DNA of 24,000 bases from Candidatus Geocrenenecus dongiae (GCA_023267855.1 JALNLN010000019.1:5546-29545), one strand, 5' to 3'. Shown: positions 9,904-18,359, numbered from the stretch's first letter. Numbers and translations: made by a program. Notes: generated from the sequence alone by a model not told the origin.

Positions 9904-11301
9904 TTATTTTTGTTTTTTCAAATGTTTCTTTTTAGTCTTTCTTCTTATTCTTATTGCTAGGATTGCGATTATTATCGGTATGAGTAGGAGTAGTGAGCTG
10001 GCTATCATGTATATATCTGTAAGCTCTATTGCTGGCTGTTCCTCAGTTTTCGTAACATTAGCTGTCTTCGTCTTTTCTTCTTTATAGACTAACGGAATTT
10101 TTTCACTAACACCCATATTCTCAGCTAAATCGTACGCTACTACATTTACTTCTACTTCTTCATTACTTTTAAGGTTAAAGCTAGCTGCATATAGATTCTC
10201 TTCTCCGAGTTTATCCATTGGGTAGTATCTTTCATCTCCAGGTAGGCCGGGGATTTTACTCTTAACCGTTACGATTAGTGTAACGTTTTTGAGATCATTA
10301 TCTGGATCGAATACTCTAGCTAATGCTTTGAATGATCCTTCTCCAGCTGGTTTTATTTCGAATTCTGTTATTCTTGGAGGTCTAGATAACCAAACCCATC
10401 CAATTCTCATATTGGTCGTATCTATAAACCATAGTCTATCACTACTTAGAACGTCTCCGAAAATCCTTCCATTCACATACACTTCATATACTTCTTCTTC
10501 TATCTCACCTATAACCCATCTGGATCTGGCGGTGTAGATGATTCTTCTCCCATCTTCAATTACATATAGACCTATGTCTATCGTGCTTCCATTTCTCAGC
10601 TGCCACTTCTTTTCAATAATCATGTTGCTGGATATCTTTTGGATCTTATCTTTTTCGGTAGCTACGATTACGCCTTCTTTGAATGCTTTGATAACCATTA
10701 CTCTTTCATCTAACTTTATGCTAGACCGAGCACCACTTTCTAAATCTATCTTGATCAATGTGTATCCATCTGAAGAAACCGCCCAGAAGTTTCTACCATA
10801 TATTGAAATCTTTCCTAAACCATAAGCTAAGTCAACCTCAAAAAAATACTTCTTCTCTAAAGTTTCTACATCATAAATTTCTATAACATCTAAGTCTGGT
10901 AGAGATACTGCTAGCAATCCATCATACACTTCTATATCATTTGGGTTGCTGGCCAGCCCAATCTCGATGAGCTTCCCATGGAAATACATGTATAGCTTAC
11001 TTGACGTATGTGAGATAAAGAACATTCTATCTTCTGATACAGCTACTTTTACTGGTTCTATACTTATCCCAAGAGATTTAACTAATCCTGAAGAGATATC
11101 CACAGAAACAAAATCTCTAACTGATAAATCGTAAACTATTAAATCTCCTTTGTAAATAGTTATTAAGCTTGGTTTTAAATGTATGTATTCTAAGTATCTT
11201 GGCTGAGAGATAGCATAGACAGAGCCTACACAAAATACGCTTAAAATTACGATTAACATCAAAGCTACCGTAAAGATTAAGGTTTCCCTCAAGACCTCCA
11301 T
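9904..11301 (-). CDS. Uncharacterised surface-exposed membrane protein; possible beta-propeller-like ectodomain
   Basis: N-terminal hydrophobic segment, repeated ~40-aa units (DPSNIEVYDGLLAVSLPDLDVIEIYDVETLEK; GKISIYGRNFWAVSSDGYTLIKIDLESG), C-terminal TM (YMIASSLLLLIPIIIAILAIRIRRKTKKK). Confidence 0.6.
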   Translation of the reverse strand: MEVLRETLIFTVALMLIVILSVFCVGSVYAISQPRYLEYIHLKPSLITIYKGDLIVYDLSVRDFVSVDISSGLVKSLGISIEPVKVAVSEDRMFFISHTSSKLYMYFHGKLIEIGLASNPNDIEVYDGLLAVSLPDLDVIEIYDVETLEKKYFFEVDLAYGLGKISIYGRNFWAVSSDGYTLIKIDLESGARSSIKLDERVMVIKAFKEGVIVATEKDKIQKISSNMIIEKKWQLRNGSTIDIGLYVIEDGRRIIYTARSRWVIGEIEEEVYEVYVNGRIFGDVLSSDRLWFIDTTNMRIGWVWLSRPPRITEFEIKPAGEGSFKALARVFDPDNDLKNVTLIVTVKSKIPGLPGDERYYPMDKLGEENLYAASFNLKSNEEVEVNVVAYDLAENMGVSEKIPLVYKEEKTKTANVTKTEEQPAIELTDIYMIASSLLLLIPIIIAILAIRIRRKTKKKHLKKQK

Positions 11302-11334
11302 TTTCCTGCCTCTAACTACGACATAAGCACGTAA

Positions 11335-11343
11335 TTTTTAAAG
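11335..11343 (+). promoter_or_regulatory. Putative TATA/BRE element for guaA (leaderless-type spacing)
   Basis: TTTTTAAAAG-like box about 25-30 nt upstream of the GTG start at 11366 in a short divergent intergenic region. Confidence 0.35.
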
Positions 11344-11365
11344 CTATCTTTACTATAATTTTATC

Positions 11366-12910
11366 GTGGAAAGCAGATATAAGAAAGTACTAGTTGTAGA
11401 TTTCGGTGGACAGTACACTCACCAGATTGCACGTAGAGTTAGAGAACTCAAAGTGTATTCAGAGATTATCTCGCCAGAAGATTTTGAGAAAGAGTTAAAG
11501 AAAATGGATATTGCTGGAGCGATCTTATCAGGTGGCCCAAAGAGTGTTTTAGATGAAGATTTAGAGAATGTTAAAAAAGTTTTAGAGAGTACTGAGAAGC
11601 CTGTTCTCGGAATATGTTATGGGCATCAGCTTTTAGCGAAAGCTTTCGGCGGACTGGTGGAGAAGAATGTTGTTCGAGAGTACGGTAGAACGAGAATCAA
11701 GATAGTCTACAGAGATAAACTCTTAACAGATCTTCCAGAAGAATTCTGGGCTTGGATGAGCCACTGGGATACCGTTACAAAACCCCCAAAAAGTTGGATA
11801 GTTACAAGTATCAGTGAAAGTGGAGCTATAGCATCTATGACAGACAATCACAGAATATATTCAACACAATTCCATCCAGAAGTTACTCACACAGAACATG
11901 GTTTAAAGATCTTAGAAAACTTCCTTAGAAAAATATGTTACGTAGAACCATGGTGGGATCCAGGGGATGTAGTTGAGAAGATTGTAGAAGATATTAGAAA
12001 CATGGTTGGACCTGGTGAGAATGTTGTTTGTGCTGTAAGTGGTGGAGTAGATTCAACGACAACAGCCGTTATAACGCATAAAGCTATTGGAGATAGACTA
12101 TACTGTATATTCATAGATACTGGGTTAATGAGGAAAGATGAGAGAGAAGAAGTAGTGGAAACACTAAAACATGTAGGAATAAAGAATCTAATAGTTATAG
12201 ATGCATCTAAGAGATTTCTAGAAAAACTTAGAAGAATAACAGATCCAGAAATAAAGAGGAGGATAATTGGAGAAGAGTTTATAAGGATTTTTGAAGAAGA
12301 AGCCTTAAAGATACCTAATGTTAAATGGCTTGCACAGGGGACAATCTACCCTGACAGGATAGAGAGTGGAAGAGTTGGAGCAAAATCAAGCCTCATTAAA
12401 TCTCACCACAATGTAGGGGGTCTACCAGATAAGATGAATTTAAAACTTATCGAACCTTTAAAAGACTTCTACAAAGATGAAGTTAGAATGATAGCTAGGA
12501 AGCTAGGTCTACCTAAGAATATATGGACTAGACACCCATTCCCAGGACCTGGTCTAGCAGTAAGAATAATTGGAGAAATAAATGAAGAGAAACTTAGAAT
12601 ATGTAGAGAAGCGTCGGCAATAATTGAAGAAGAACTTAAGAGAGCAGGTTTATATGAAGAAGTTTGGCAAGCATTCGCAGTCGTTGGAGATGATAAATGG
12701 GTTGGAGTAATGGGAGATACTAGAAAAGAAGGCTACATAGTAACAGTTAGAATAGTCCAAAGTATAGACGGTATGACAGCAGACTGGTACAAAATAAACT
12801 ACGAACTACTCGACAAGATCTCTAGAAGAATAATAAACGAAGTCGAGAACGTAACAATGGTAACATACGCAGTGACATCTAAACCTCCCTCAACAATAGA
12901 GCCATGCTAA
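11366..12910 (+). CDS. guaA: GMP synthase (glutamine-hydrolysing), fused GATase + ATP-pyrophosphatase form
   Basis: VLVVDFGGQYTHQIARRVREL, GICYGHQLLAKAFGG, HPEVTHTEHG, VCAVSGGVDSTTTAVI, HNVGGLP and C-terminal VTSKPPSTIE. Confidence 0.96.
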   Translation: MESRYKKVLVVDFGGQYTHQIARRVRELKVYSEIISPEDFEKELKKMDIAGAILSGGPKSVLDEDLENVKKVLESTEKPVLGICYGHQLLAKAFGGLVEKNVVREYGRTRIKIVYRDKLLTDLPEEFWAWMSHWDTVTKPPKSWIVTSISESGAIASMTDNHRIYSTQFHPEVTHTEHGLKILENFLRKICYVEPWWDPGDVVEKIVEDIRNMVGPGENVVCAVSGGVDSTTTAVITHKAIGDRLYCIFIDTGLMRKDEREEVVETLKHVGIKNLIVIDASKRFLEKLRRITDPEIKRRIIGEEFIRIFEEEALKIPNVKWLAQGTIYPDRIESGRVGAKSSLIKSHHNVGGLPDKMNLKLIEPLKDFYKDEVRMIARKLGLPKNIWTRHPFPGPGLAVRIIGEINEEKLRICREASAIIEEELKRAGLYEEVWQAFAVVGDDKWVGVMGDTRKEGYIVTVRIVQSIDGMTADWYKINYELLDKISRRIINEVENVTMVTYAVTSKPPSTIEPC

Positions 12911-12957
12911 AACAAAGTAAAAAATATATAGAGAACTATTCACATAATCTCTAACCG

Positions 12958-13030
12958 GGGCCGGTAGTCTAGAGGCTATGACGCCGCCCTTACGAGGCGG
13001 AGGACGTGGGTTCGAATCCCACCCGGCCCA
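12958..13030 (+). tRNA. tRNA-Val (anticodon TAC), intronless
   Basis: Hand-folded cloverleaf: acceptor GGGCCGG/CCGGCCC, D stem GTC/GAC, anticodon stem CCGCC/GGCGG with loop CTTACGA, T arm GTGGG-TTCGAAT-CCCAC, discriminator A at 13030. Confidence 0.95.
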
Positions 13031-13132
13031 TTATTCATCTTGTTATTTTCACACTTCTTTAGGATTAAAAATATTTTGATAGTGGGTTGCTGAGAAATGA
13101 TCTAAGTCAAGGTAGAAGATAAGATGTTCTTT

Positions 13133-13507
13133 TTATTCTGTTTGCATGGTTTTTAAGATTTCTCTACCTTCTTCTTCTTCAAGTTTTAGAGTTTTCTTTT
13201 CTAGGAACGGGAATTTCTTAGAAGCTTCTGTGATTTTCGTGAGGTTGGTCCATGTGATCTTTACTTGAGAAGGGTTCTTCCTGCCTAATGCGTATGGGTC
13301 TATGTTCATTATACCTTCACTATCAGCTATGAGCGGTCCATAGAGGATATCTTTATCAACGATGTGGAGAAATATTATGTCTCCTTTCTTAACATCTTTA
13401 ACTTCTTTCCACATTCTTCCAGGTGCTCCAACAAGCTTTTTCTCCAAACATTCCTCCTCCATACCTCCACTACAAGTAAACTTCCAGTACCTTACTTCCT
13501 CACTCAT
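13133..13507 (-). CDS. EVE-domain protein
   Basis: RYWKFTCSG...GAPGRMWKEVKDVKKGDIIFLHIVDKDILYGPLIADSE pattern typical of the EVE (PUA-like) fold. Confidence 0.65.
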   Translation of the reverse strand: MSEEVRYWKFTCSGGMEEECLEKKLVGAPGRMWKEVKDVKKGDIIFLHIVDKDILYGPLIADSEGIMNIDPYALGRKNPSQVKITWTNLTKITEASKKFPFLEKKTLKLEEEEGREILKTMQTE

Positions 13508-13674
13508 AATCTCTCCTTAAGAAGATTAGAATATCCATAAACATATAAAAATTAACTTTTAAAAATTCTTTTTAGAAATTACTTTAACATTTTCACATCA
13601 TATAGCTGAAGCTCGGTCTGTATTTCTTTCTCATAATTAACATACTCAGACTAATTCTGTAGTTAATTTGCATG

Positions 13675-14409
13675 TTAAAGATCTTTAGGGTGGAATATTT
13701 TTTCAAGGCTTAGCCATTTTAAGGATTTCAAGATATATTTTTCTCTATGTGATTGCAGTTTTTTCTCTAATTTTTCTAGGGCCGTGTCAAGTTTTACGCC
13801 AATCTTTACTGAGATTATATGTGTAGTTAGTGTAAGATGCTGGCAATCTACAAACAATTCTCTTAGATCTTCTTCATCTAGTAGATTTTCACATTTATGG
13901 GGTGAGAGACCTCTCAGCAAGATCACGTCCAGTCCGTTCAATACTAATTTCTCAACAATCTTCCTAAATAATATTGAAGGTTTCTTTAATGTTAAATTGA
14001 TAGGATAACCTACATCTATCCATAAAGTATTTACTAGGTCTTGGTAATCTAATTCTACATACATGTCTAGGTACTCCATCCACTCATCTATATAGGCATC
14101 TTCAGTGATCGTTGAGCCGTCTAGAGAAGGATAAGAATAGGATATCTTTCCATGTTTAATTTCTTCTATCCAGCATGTTCTAAGAACCGGTTTTAGAGAA
14201 GACTGTAACGGGTATAGTGTATACATACTGGTAATAGATGTGAGGAGCGCTGGATTCTCTGTTTCCAAGATCAGCCACTTCTCTTTAACCTCCAATCTTA
14301 CATCAATCTCAACATTCTTCAAAATACTCCTAAACCATTCTTCTAAACTAGGTAAATCTACATACTCATCAATCATCTCATGTAAAACTAGTTTAACCAT
14401 TCCTTCCAT
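13675..14409 (-). CDS. Hypothetical protein (244 aa), no recognised family
   Basis: Complete ORF with start and stop and a charged alpha/beta-like composition; no family recognised. Confidence 0.6.
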   Translation of the reverse strand: MEGMVKLVLHEMIDEYVDLPSLEEWFRSILKNVEIDVRLEVKEKWLILETENPALLTSITSMYTLYPLQSSLKPVLRTCWIEEIKHGKISYSYPSLDGSTITEDAYIDEWMEYLDMYVELDYQDLVNTLWIDVGYPINLTLKKPSILFRKIVEKLVLNGLDVILLRGLSPHKCENLLDEEDLRELFVDCQHLTLTTHIISVKIGVKLDTALEKLEKKLQSHREKYILKSLKWLSLEKIFHPKDL

Positions 14410-14432
14410 AGAAGATTCCAGTCTATGGTTTA

Positions 14433-14555
14433 GTGGGGTGCCCTCGATTTTTCGAGGGCTTCCCAGCGTTCAGAGTAGGCTTTACGCCTATCTCCTCATC
14501 TGCTGGTACGGGGGCCCCACAGCTCCCCCCACCCATAGAGGTTTACCCTATGGGT
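14433..14555 (-). ncRNA. Putative omegaRNA (reRNA) scaffold / right end of an IS200/IS605-type TnpB element
   Basis: Just downstream of a tnpB fragment on the same strand; GC-rich structured segment ACCCATAGGGTAAACCTCTATGGGT...TAGGCGTAAAGCCTA...GAACGCTGGGAAGCCCTCGAAAAATCGAGGGCACCCCAC with three perfect hairpins (8, 5 and 8 bp). Confidence 0.6.
14440..14459. repeat. Terminal perfect hairpin, 8 bp stem, 4 nt loop (GCCCTCGA-TTTT-TCGAGGGC)
   Basis: Direct inspection; position matches the subterminal hairpin near the right end of IS200/IS605 elements. Confidence 0.85.
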
Positions 14556-14571
14556 TAGGCATCAATAAAAA

Positions 14572-15000
14572 TTAATATTTACTAGTATAAGTATTTTCTG
14601 CAATCATTGTTAATGCTTTCTTCGCGATGTTTGCTGCAGCATTCACATCTCTATTATACTCTGCTCCACATATACTACATCTAAACTCTCTCGAATTGGA
14701 TGGTTCATTTATATGACCACATCTATGACATGTCCTCGAACTATTGTTCGGATCAACATATACTACTTCTACCCCATTTATTAATGCTTTATACTCAATA
14801 AACTTCTGCAATTTCCTATATGGTAGATTGTGTAATCTTCTATTGAGCTCTCTACTGTAATCTATTTTCTCTCTTAAGCCTTCTAGCTCTTCCATTACTA
14901 TCATAGGTTTAGGAAACTGTTTGACAAACTCCACTATCTCCTTCGATATAATATGTAATTGTTCTTTTACTTTCCTTCTTTCTCTATCTTTAAATTCTGG
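14572..15000 (-). pseudogene. tnpB: 5'-truncated TnpB (IS200/IS605 family) C-terminal fragment: RuvC-II Glu, zinc ribbon and RuvC-III Asp remain
   Basis: ORF 14572-14934 (120 aa) contains VMEELEGLREKI, SSRTCHRCG...FRCSICGAEYNRDVNAAANI. The open frame extends upstream of the annotated start with TnpB-like EFKDRERRKVKEQLHIISKEIVEF; the N-terminal two thirds and RuvC-I are missing. Confidence 0.88.
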
Positions 15001-15185
15001 GGAGCTGATTACTATTCTTGACGAGAAGAATAGTTTTGAAATAGGAGAAGCTCCATTAACAGAGCTGGAGAGAAAAGCGGTTGAATGGTTTAGTAAAGTT
15101 TTCCTTCTCCATGAGGGTATATAATATTGGGGGGTGAAGCGCTTATCAAGATAATAGATATTAACTTCTTATAGAGAGTATTTAC

Positions 15186-15821
15186 TTGAGAGTTATGCTT
15201 CTTCACATTGATGAAGAAACGATATTAGATCTAGTTACTTTGATAAGTGGGGAGAATGGAGAGAAGATTGTAAGATTCCTCTTGAAGAAGCCTGGGATAA
15301 CAGATGAAGAACTTTCTCAGCTTACGCATCTAGATATTAAAGAAGTTAGAAAAATTCTCCATAAACTCAATGAGAGCGGGATACTTTACTACGATCTAGC
15401 TAGAGAGAAAGATACTGGACACAGGATATTCAAATGGTATATTAGTCAGGAACAAGCGATAGGATTTATCTTAACTAATATGAGGAAGATTCTCGATAGA
15501 CTTGAAGAGAGATTAGAGTATGAGAAAAATCATCAATTCTACTGGTGTGGAACACAGGGATGTAGAAAACTGCCTTTTGAGGAAGCCATGGACCACCTAT
15601 TCAAATGTCCAACATGTAGAAAACCACTCCAACTAATAGACAATGAACAAACAATCAGAGCACTTGAAGAAAAGATCAACGAGGTCAAGAGACATTTAGA
15701 ACAACTATCTAAAGTGAAGAAGATAGAAGAGACTGAGAAACCAGAAGCTAAAGCTCCATCGAAACAGAAAGAATCTTCAAAGACAACTAAAACAAAGACA
15801 GCTACTACTGTGAAGAAATAA
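15186..15821 (+). CDS. tfe: Transcription initiation factor E alpha subunit (TFE)
   Basis: N-terminal winged helix ([33 protein letters not shown]), [17 protein letters not shown]...[11 protein letters not shown] zinc ribbon. Confidence 0.92.
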   Translation: MRVMLLHIDEETILDLVTLISGENGEKIVRFLLKKPGITDEELSQLTHLDIKEVRKILHKLNESGILYYDLAREKDTGHRIFKWYISQEQAIGFILTNMRKILDRLEERLEYEKNHQFYWCGTQGCRKLPFEEAMDHLFKCPTCRKPLQLIDNEQTIRALEEKINEVKRHLEQLSKVKKIEETEKPEAKAPSKQKESSKTTKTKTATTVKK

Positions 15822-15823
15822 TC

Positions 15824-16363
15824 ATGAGCAGGATAGTAGTTCTCAGATTGGGACACAGAATTCACAGAGATATAAGAATTACAACACACGTGGCTCTTAC
15901 AGCTAGAGCATTCGGAGCAGACAAAATCATCATATCTGGAGATAGAGATGAAAGATTAATAGAAAGATTAAAGAAGATTGTTGAGAAATGGGGTGGAGAT
16001 TTCAACGTAGAGTATGAGGAAGACTGGAGGAGATCGATAAGAAGCTGGAAGGAGGGTGGAGGAAAAATAATACATCTAACGATGTATGGTGTTAATCTTC
16101 CAGATATTATTGAAGAGTTGAGAAGATGCTGGGAGGAGAACGATGTAATGATTGTTGTAGGGTCGGAGAAAGTTCCAAGAGAAGTCTACGTATTAGCAGA
16201 CTACAACGTAGCAATATCAAACCAGCCTCATAGTGAAGTTGCAGCAATAGCAGTACTATTAGATTGGCTCTTTCAAGGAAAAGAATTATCTAGAGAATTT
16301 CCTAACGCTAAACTGAAAATAATACCTCAACCATGTGGAAAGAAAGTTGTTAGACTAGACTAG
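15824..16363 (+). CDS. trm56: tRNA (cytidine(56)-2'-O)-methyltransferase (aTrm56)
   Basis: [38 protein letters not shown] and [38 protein letters not shown] motifs. Confidence 0.9.
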   Translation: MSRIVVLRLGHRIHRDIRITTHVALTARAFGADKIIISGDRDERLIERLKKIVEKWGGDFNVEYEEDWRRSIRSWKEGGGKIIHLTMYGVNLPDIIEELRRCWEENDVMIVVGSEKVPREVYVLADYNVAISNQPHSEVAAIAVLLDWLFQGKELSREFPNAKLKIIPQPCGKKVVRLD

Positions 16364-16387
16364 CTTTCAATCCTTTCTTCAAGATTC
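16364..16387 (-). CRISPR. Solitary CRISPR-repeat-like sequence (single unit, no array)
   Basis: Minus strand reads GAATCTTGAAGAAAGGATTGAAAG: 24 nt with the ATTGAAAG terminus typical of crenarchaeal repeats and a small CTT/AAG internal palindrome. No second unit seen. Confidence 0.35.
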
Positions 16388-16579
16388 AGACTTCCACATA
16401 CAGTGGACAAGCCTATATGCGTACCAGTACAACAACGAAAACTATCAAAATAAAGAATCCGCGGAAAAGAGGGGGAAATATTCAAAACAAATAAAAGTAC
16501 TCTCATCATTTTTTAATCTTCGAATCAAACCAAACATAATGTTAAAATTTTAAATATAGGATAGCGGGAGAGAGATAGT

Positions 16580-16670
16580 GGGCCGGTAGTCTAGAGGCTA
16601 TGACGCCGCCCTGACAGAGATAAACTCCAGAATGCGGCGGAGGACGTGGGTTCGAATCCCACCCGGCCCA
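16580..16670 (+). tRNA. tRNA-Val (anticodon GAC) with an 18-nt intron in the anticodon loop
   Basis: Same acceptor, D and T arms as the 12958 tRNA. Anticodon loop CTGAC interrupted by 18 nt (16617-16634, or 16616-16633 if cleavage is one nt earlier); splice-site ambiguity of about 1 nt. Confidence 0.9.
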
Positions 16671-16944
16671 TCTTAATAGATTTTTTATTTATTCTATGCT
16701 GAATTATTTCTGGTTAATATAATTGTTATCGTGGTATTGTTAGGAGTGGGTGTGGTGACTGCAATTACTTCACTGCCCACATAGTACAGTCTCGTCGATA
16801 TTGTTACATCGTGTCACGTGAATAATCATCTTTTAATTCTTAATGTCTTGGAGGGGTTATGTTATGGAATCTTAAAGGATCGTAATTGTTGATCTTTATG
16901 TATTGAGTGTTGTCTAGAAGATGTTTGGATTTTATTTTGTATTT

Positions 16945-18078
16945 TTAAATTGTTCCTCCTAATATTAAGCTCCAGTAAAGTTTGTTCACCATCTTTTTTC
17001 CTAGATACCATAGATAGCTGAATCTAGGCTTCTTGGGAGGGTTCTCGTAATTGAAATCCATGTATATTGCTTTTCTGAATCCTGCGTCGCAGAAGCATAC
17101 TACTCTCCCGTCATACACTAGTTTACTCTTCTGTCCAGTAATATCTGCATATATTCTTTTGCCAACTACTTTTGCTTCAAAATGTGCAGCTGCTCCAGAC
17201 TTAGATACAGGTAGGTTTGTAGCATCTCCAATAACATATACTTCACTGTACTCTTTATACTGGAGGGTATGTTTATCTACTGGTATCCATCCACTGTCAA
17301 CCCCGAGTCCAGACTCCTCGACTACTTTTGCACCTCTATGAGGTGGAACCATAACTAGTAGATCGAATTTCAGAGATTCTCCTTCTAGAGAATAAACTAT
17401 CTTTTTCTCAGGATCTACTGACTCTATATTGAACATTGGATGCCAGTATATGTTCTTCTTTTCCATCATTTCTGTTATTGCTTCTGCTACAGCTTCGTGA
17501 GGAAATGTTCTGGGTAGAGGTGATAGGTAGTGTATCTCAACTTTATCTCTCATCTTCTTTCTCGTGAAGTAGTAGTCTAGTAAACAGCAGAACTCTGCAG
17601 GTGCTGGTGGACACTTGTAGGGTATCCCACCTATACCAACCGCTATGACTCCTCCAGTAAATTCTTCTAAAACTTTACTTAATCTTCTAGCTTCTTCTAA
17701 ACTGTAAAAGTGATATGCGATCTGGTATCCAGGTACTTCTTCTGGAACTATCCGAGAACCCGTAGCTATAACTAGATAGTCATAATCTAGTTTACCTGTT
17801 CTCTCTAGAGCTACGTACCTATTCTCTACATCAATTCCAACAGCATTATCTATAATTAATTTAACATTTTTGTTTAATAGTTCTTTTTCTTCTCTTGCGA
17901 TGTCTCTTTCTTTAAGATTGTATCCTAGAGCTGTATATATGAAAGCTGGCTGGTAGATGTGTTTAGAGGAGTCGTTTACAACGATTATTTCAGCTTCTTT
18001 TCTTGAGAGTTTCCTAGCTAGAACATTTGCTACTATTGTTCCACCTGTTCCTCCACCAACTACTAGGATCCTCTTCAT
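16945..18078 (-). CDS. FAD/NAD-dependent oxidoreductase, sulfide:quinone oxidoreductase-like
   Basis: ILVVGGGTGGTIVANVLARKL, LDYDYLVIATGS, IPYKCPPAPAEFCCLL, YVIGDATNLPVSKSGAAAHFEAKVV, VCFCDAGFRKAIYMDF. Confidence 0.82.
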   Translation of the reverse strand: MKRILVVGGGTGGTIVANVLARKLSRKEAEIIVVNDSSKHIYQPAFIYTALGYNLKERDIAREEKELLNKNVKLIIDNAVGIDVENRYVALERTGKLDYDYLVIATGSRIVPEEVPGYQIAYHFYSLEEARRLSKVLEEFTGGVIAVGIGGIPYKCPPAPAEFCCLLDYYFTRKKMRDKVEIHYLSPLPRTFPHEAVAEAITEMMEKKNIYWHPMFNIESVDPEKKIVYSLEGESLKFDLLVMVPPHRGAKVVEESGLGVDSGWIPVDKHTLQYKEYSEVYVIGDATNLPVSKSGAAAHFEAKVVGKRIYADITGQKSKLVYDGRVVCFCDAGFRKAIYMDFNYENPPKKPRFSYLWYLGKKMVNKLYWSLILGGTI

Positions 18079-18090
18079 ACTTCTACGTCT

Positions 18091-18330
18091 TCACTTAACT
18101 TTCTTGACAATAAATTCTGTGTATCCTTCTCTCTCATAGACACCTATTAACTGATGTCCAGCTTTCTCAACCCATCTAGGTATATCCGTCTTTGAACCAC
18201 TATCAGTAGAATAGACAGCAATAACTTCACCGATTTTTGCATTTCTAATAGTTTTTATCAACTCCATAAGTGGGCCGGGGCAGTGACTGCCCCTAGCATC
18301 CACAACCCTATCCACTTTAATCTCACTCAT
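18091..18330 (-). CDS. TusA/SirA-family sulfurtransferase
   Basis: 79 aa: [55 protein letters not shown], with the CPGP motif. Confidence 0.92.
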   Translation of the reverse strand: MSEIKVDRVVDARGSHCPGPLMELIKTIRNAKIGEVIAVYSTDSGSKTDIPRWVEKAGHQLIGVYEREGYTEFIVKKVK

Positions 18331-18359
18331 TACACTTACCCTCCAGATTCAGCTATCCC

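Noticed and set aside
10289-11134. Plus-strand ORFs of 82, 95 and 62 aa opposite the surface protein gene
   Set aside because: Mirror-strand ORFs of a long, coherent minus-strand membrane protein; no motifs.
14240-14575. 111-aa plus-strand ORF spanning the orphan gene 5' end and the omegaRNA-like segment
   Set aside because: Antisense to a better-supported CDS and to a structured RNA-like region; composition is not protein-family-like.
14572-14934. Domesticated nuclease-dead TnpB (TldR-like) protein
   Set aside because: TldR-type proteins retain the N-terminal RNA/DNA-binding region; here that region is missing and only the C-terminus remains, so decay is the simpler reading.
15539-15889. 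116-aa minus-strand ORF opposite the tfe 3' end
   Set aside because: Fully antisense to the TFE zinc-ribbon and Lys-rich tail coding sequence; no independent support.
16364-16560. A short CRISPR array after the repeat-like sequence
   Set aside because: Only one repeat-like unit is visible. No second copy, even degenerate, was found at spacer distance on either side, and no cas genes are present in the window.
12958-16670. Integrated plasmid or virus using tRNA-Val attachment sites
   Set aside because: Both copies are complete tRNA genes, no integrase or plasmid/viral hallmark gene is present, and the interval contains essential tfe and trm56.
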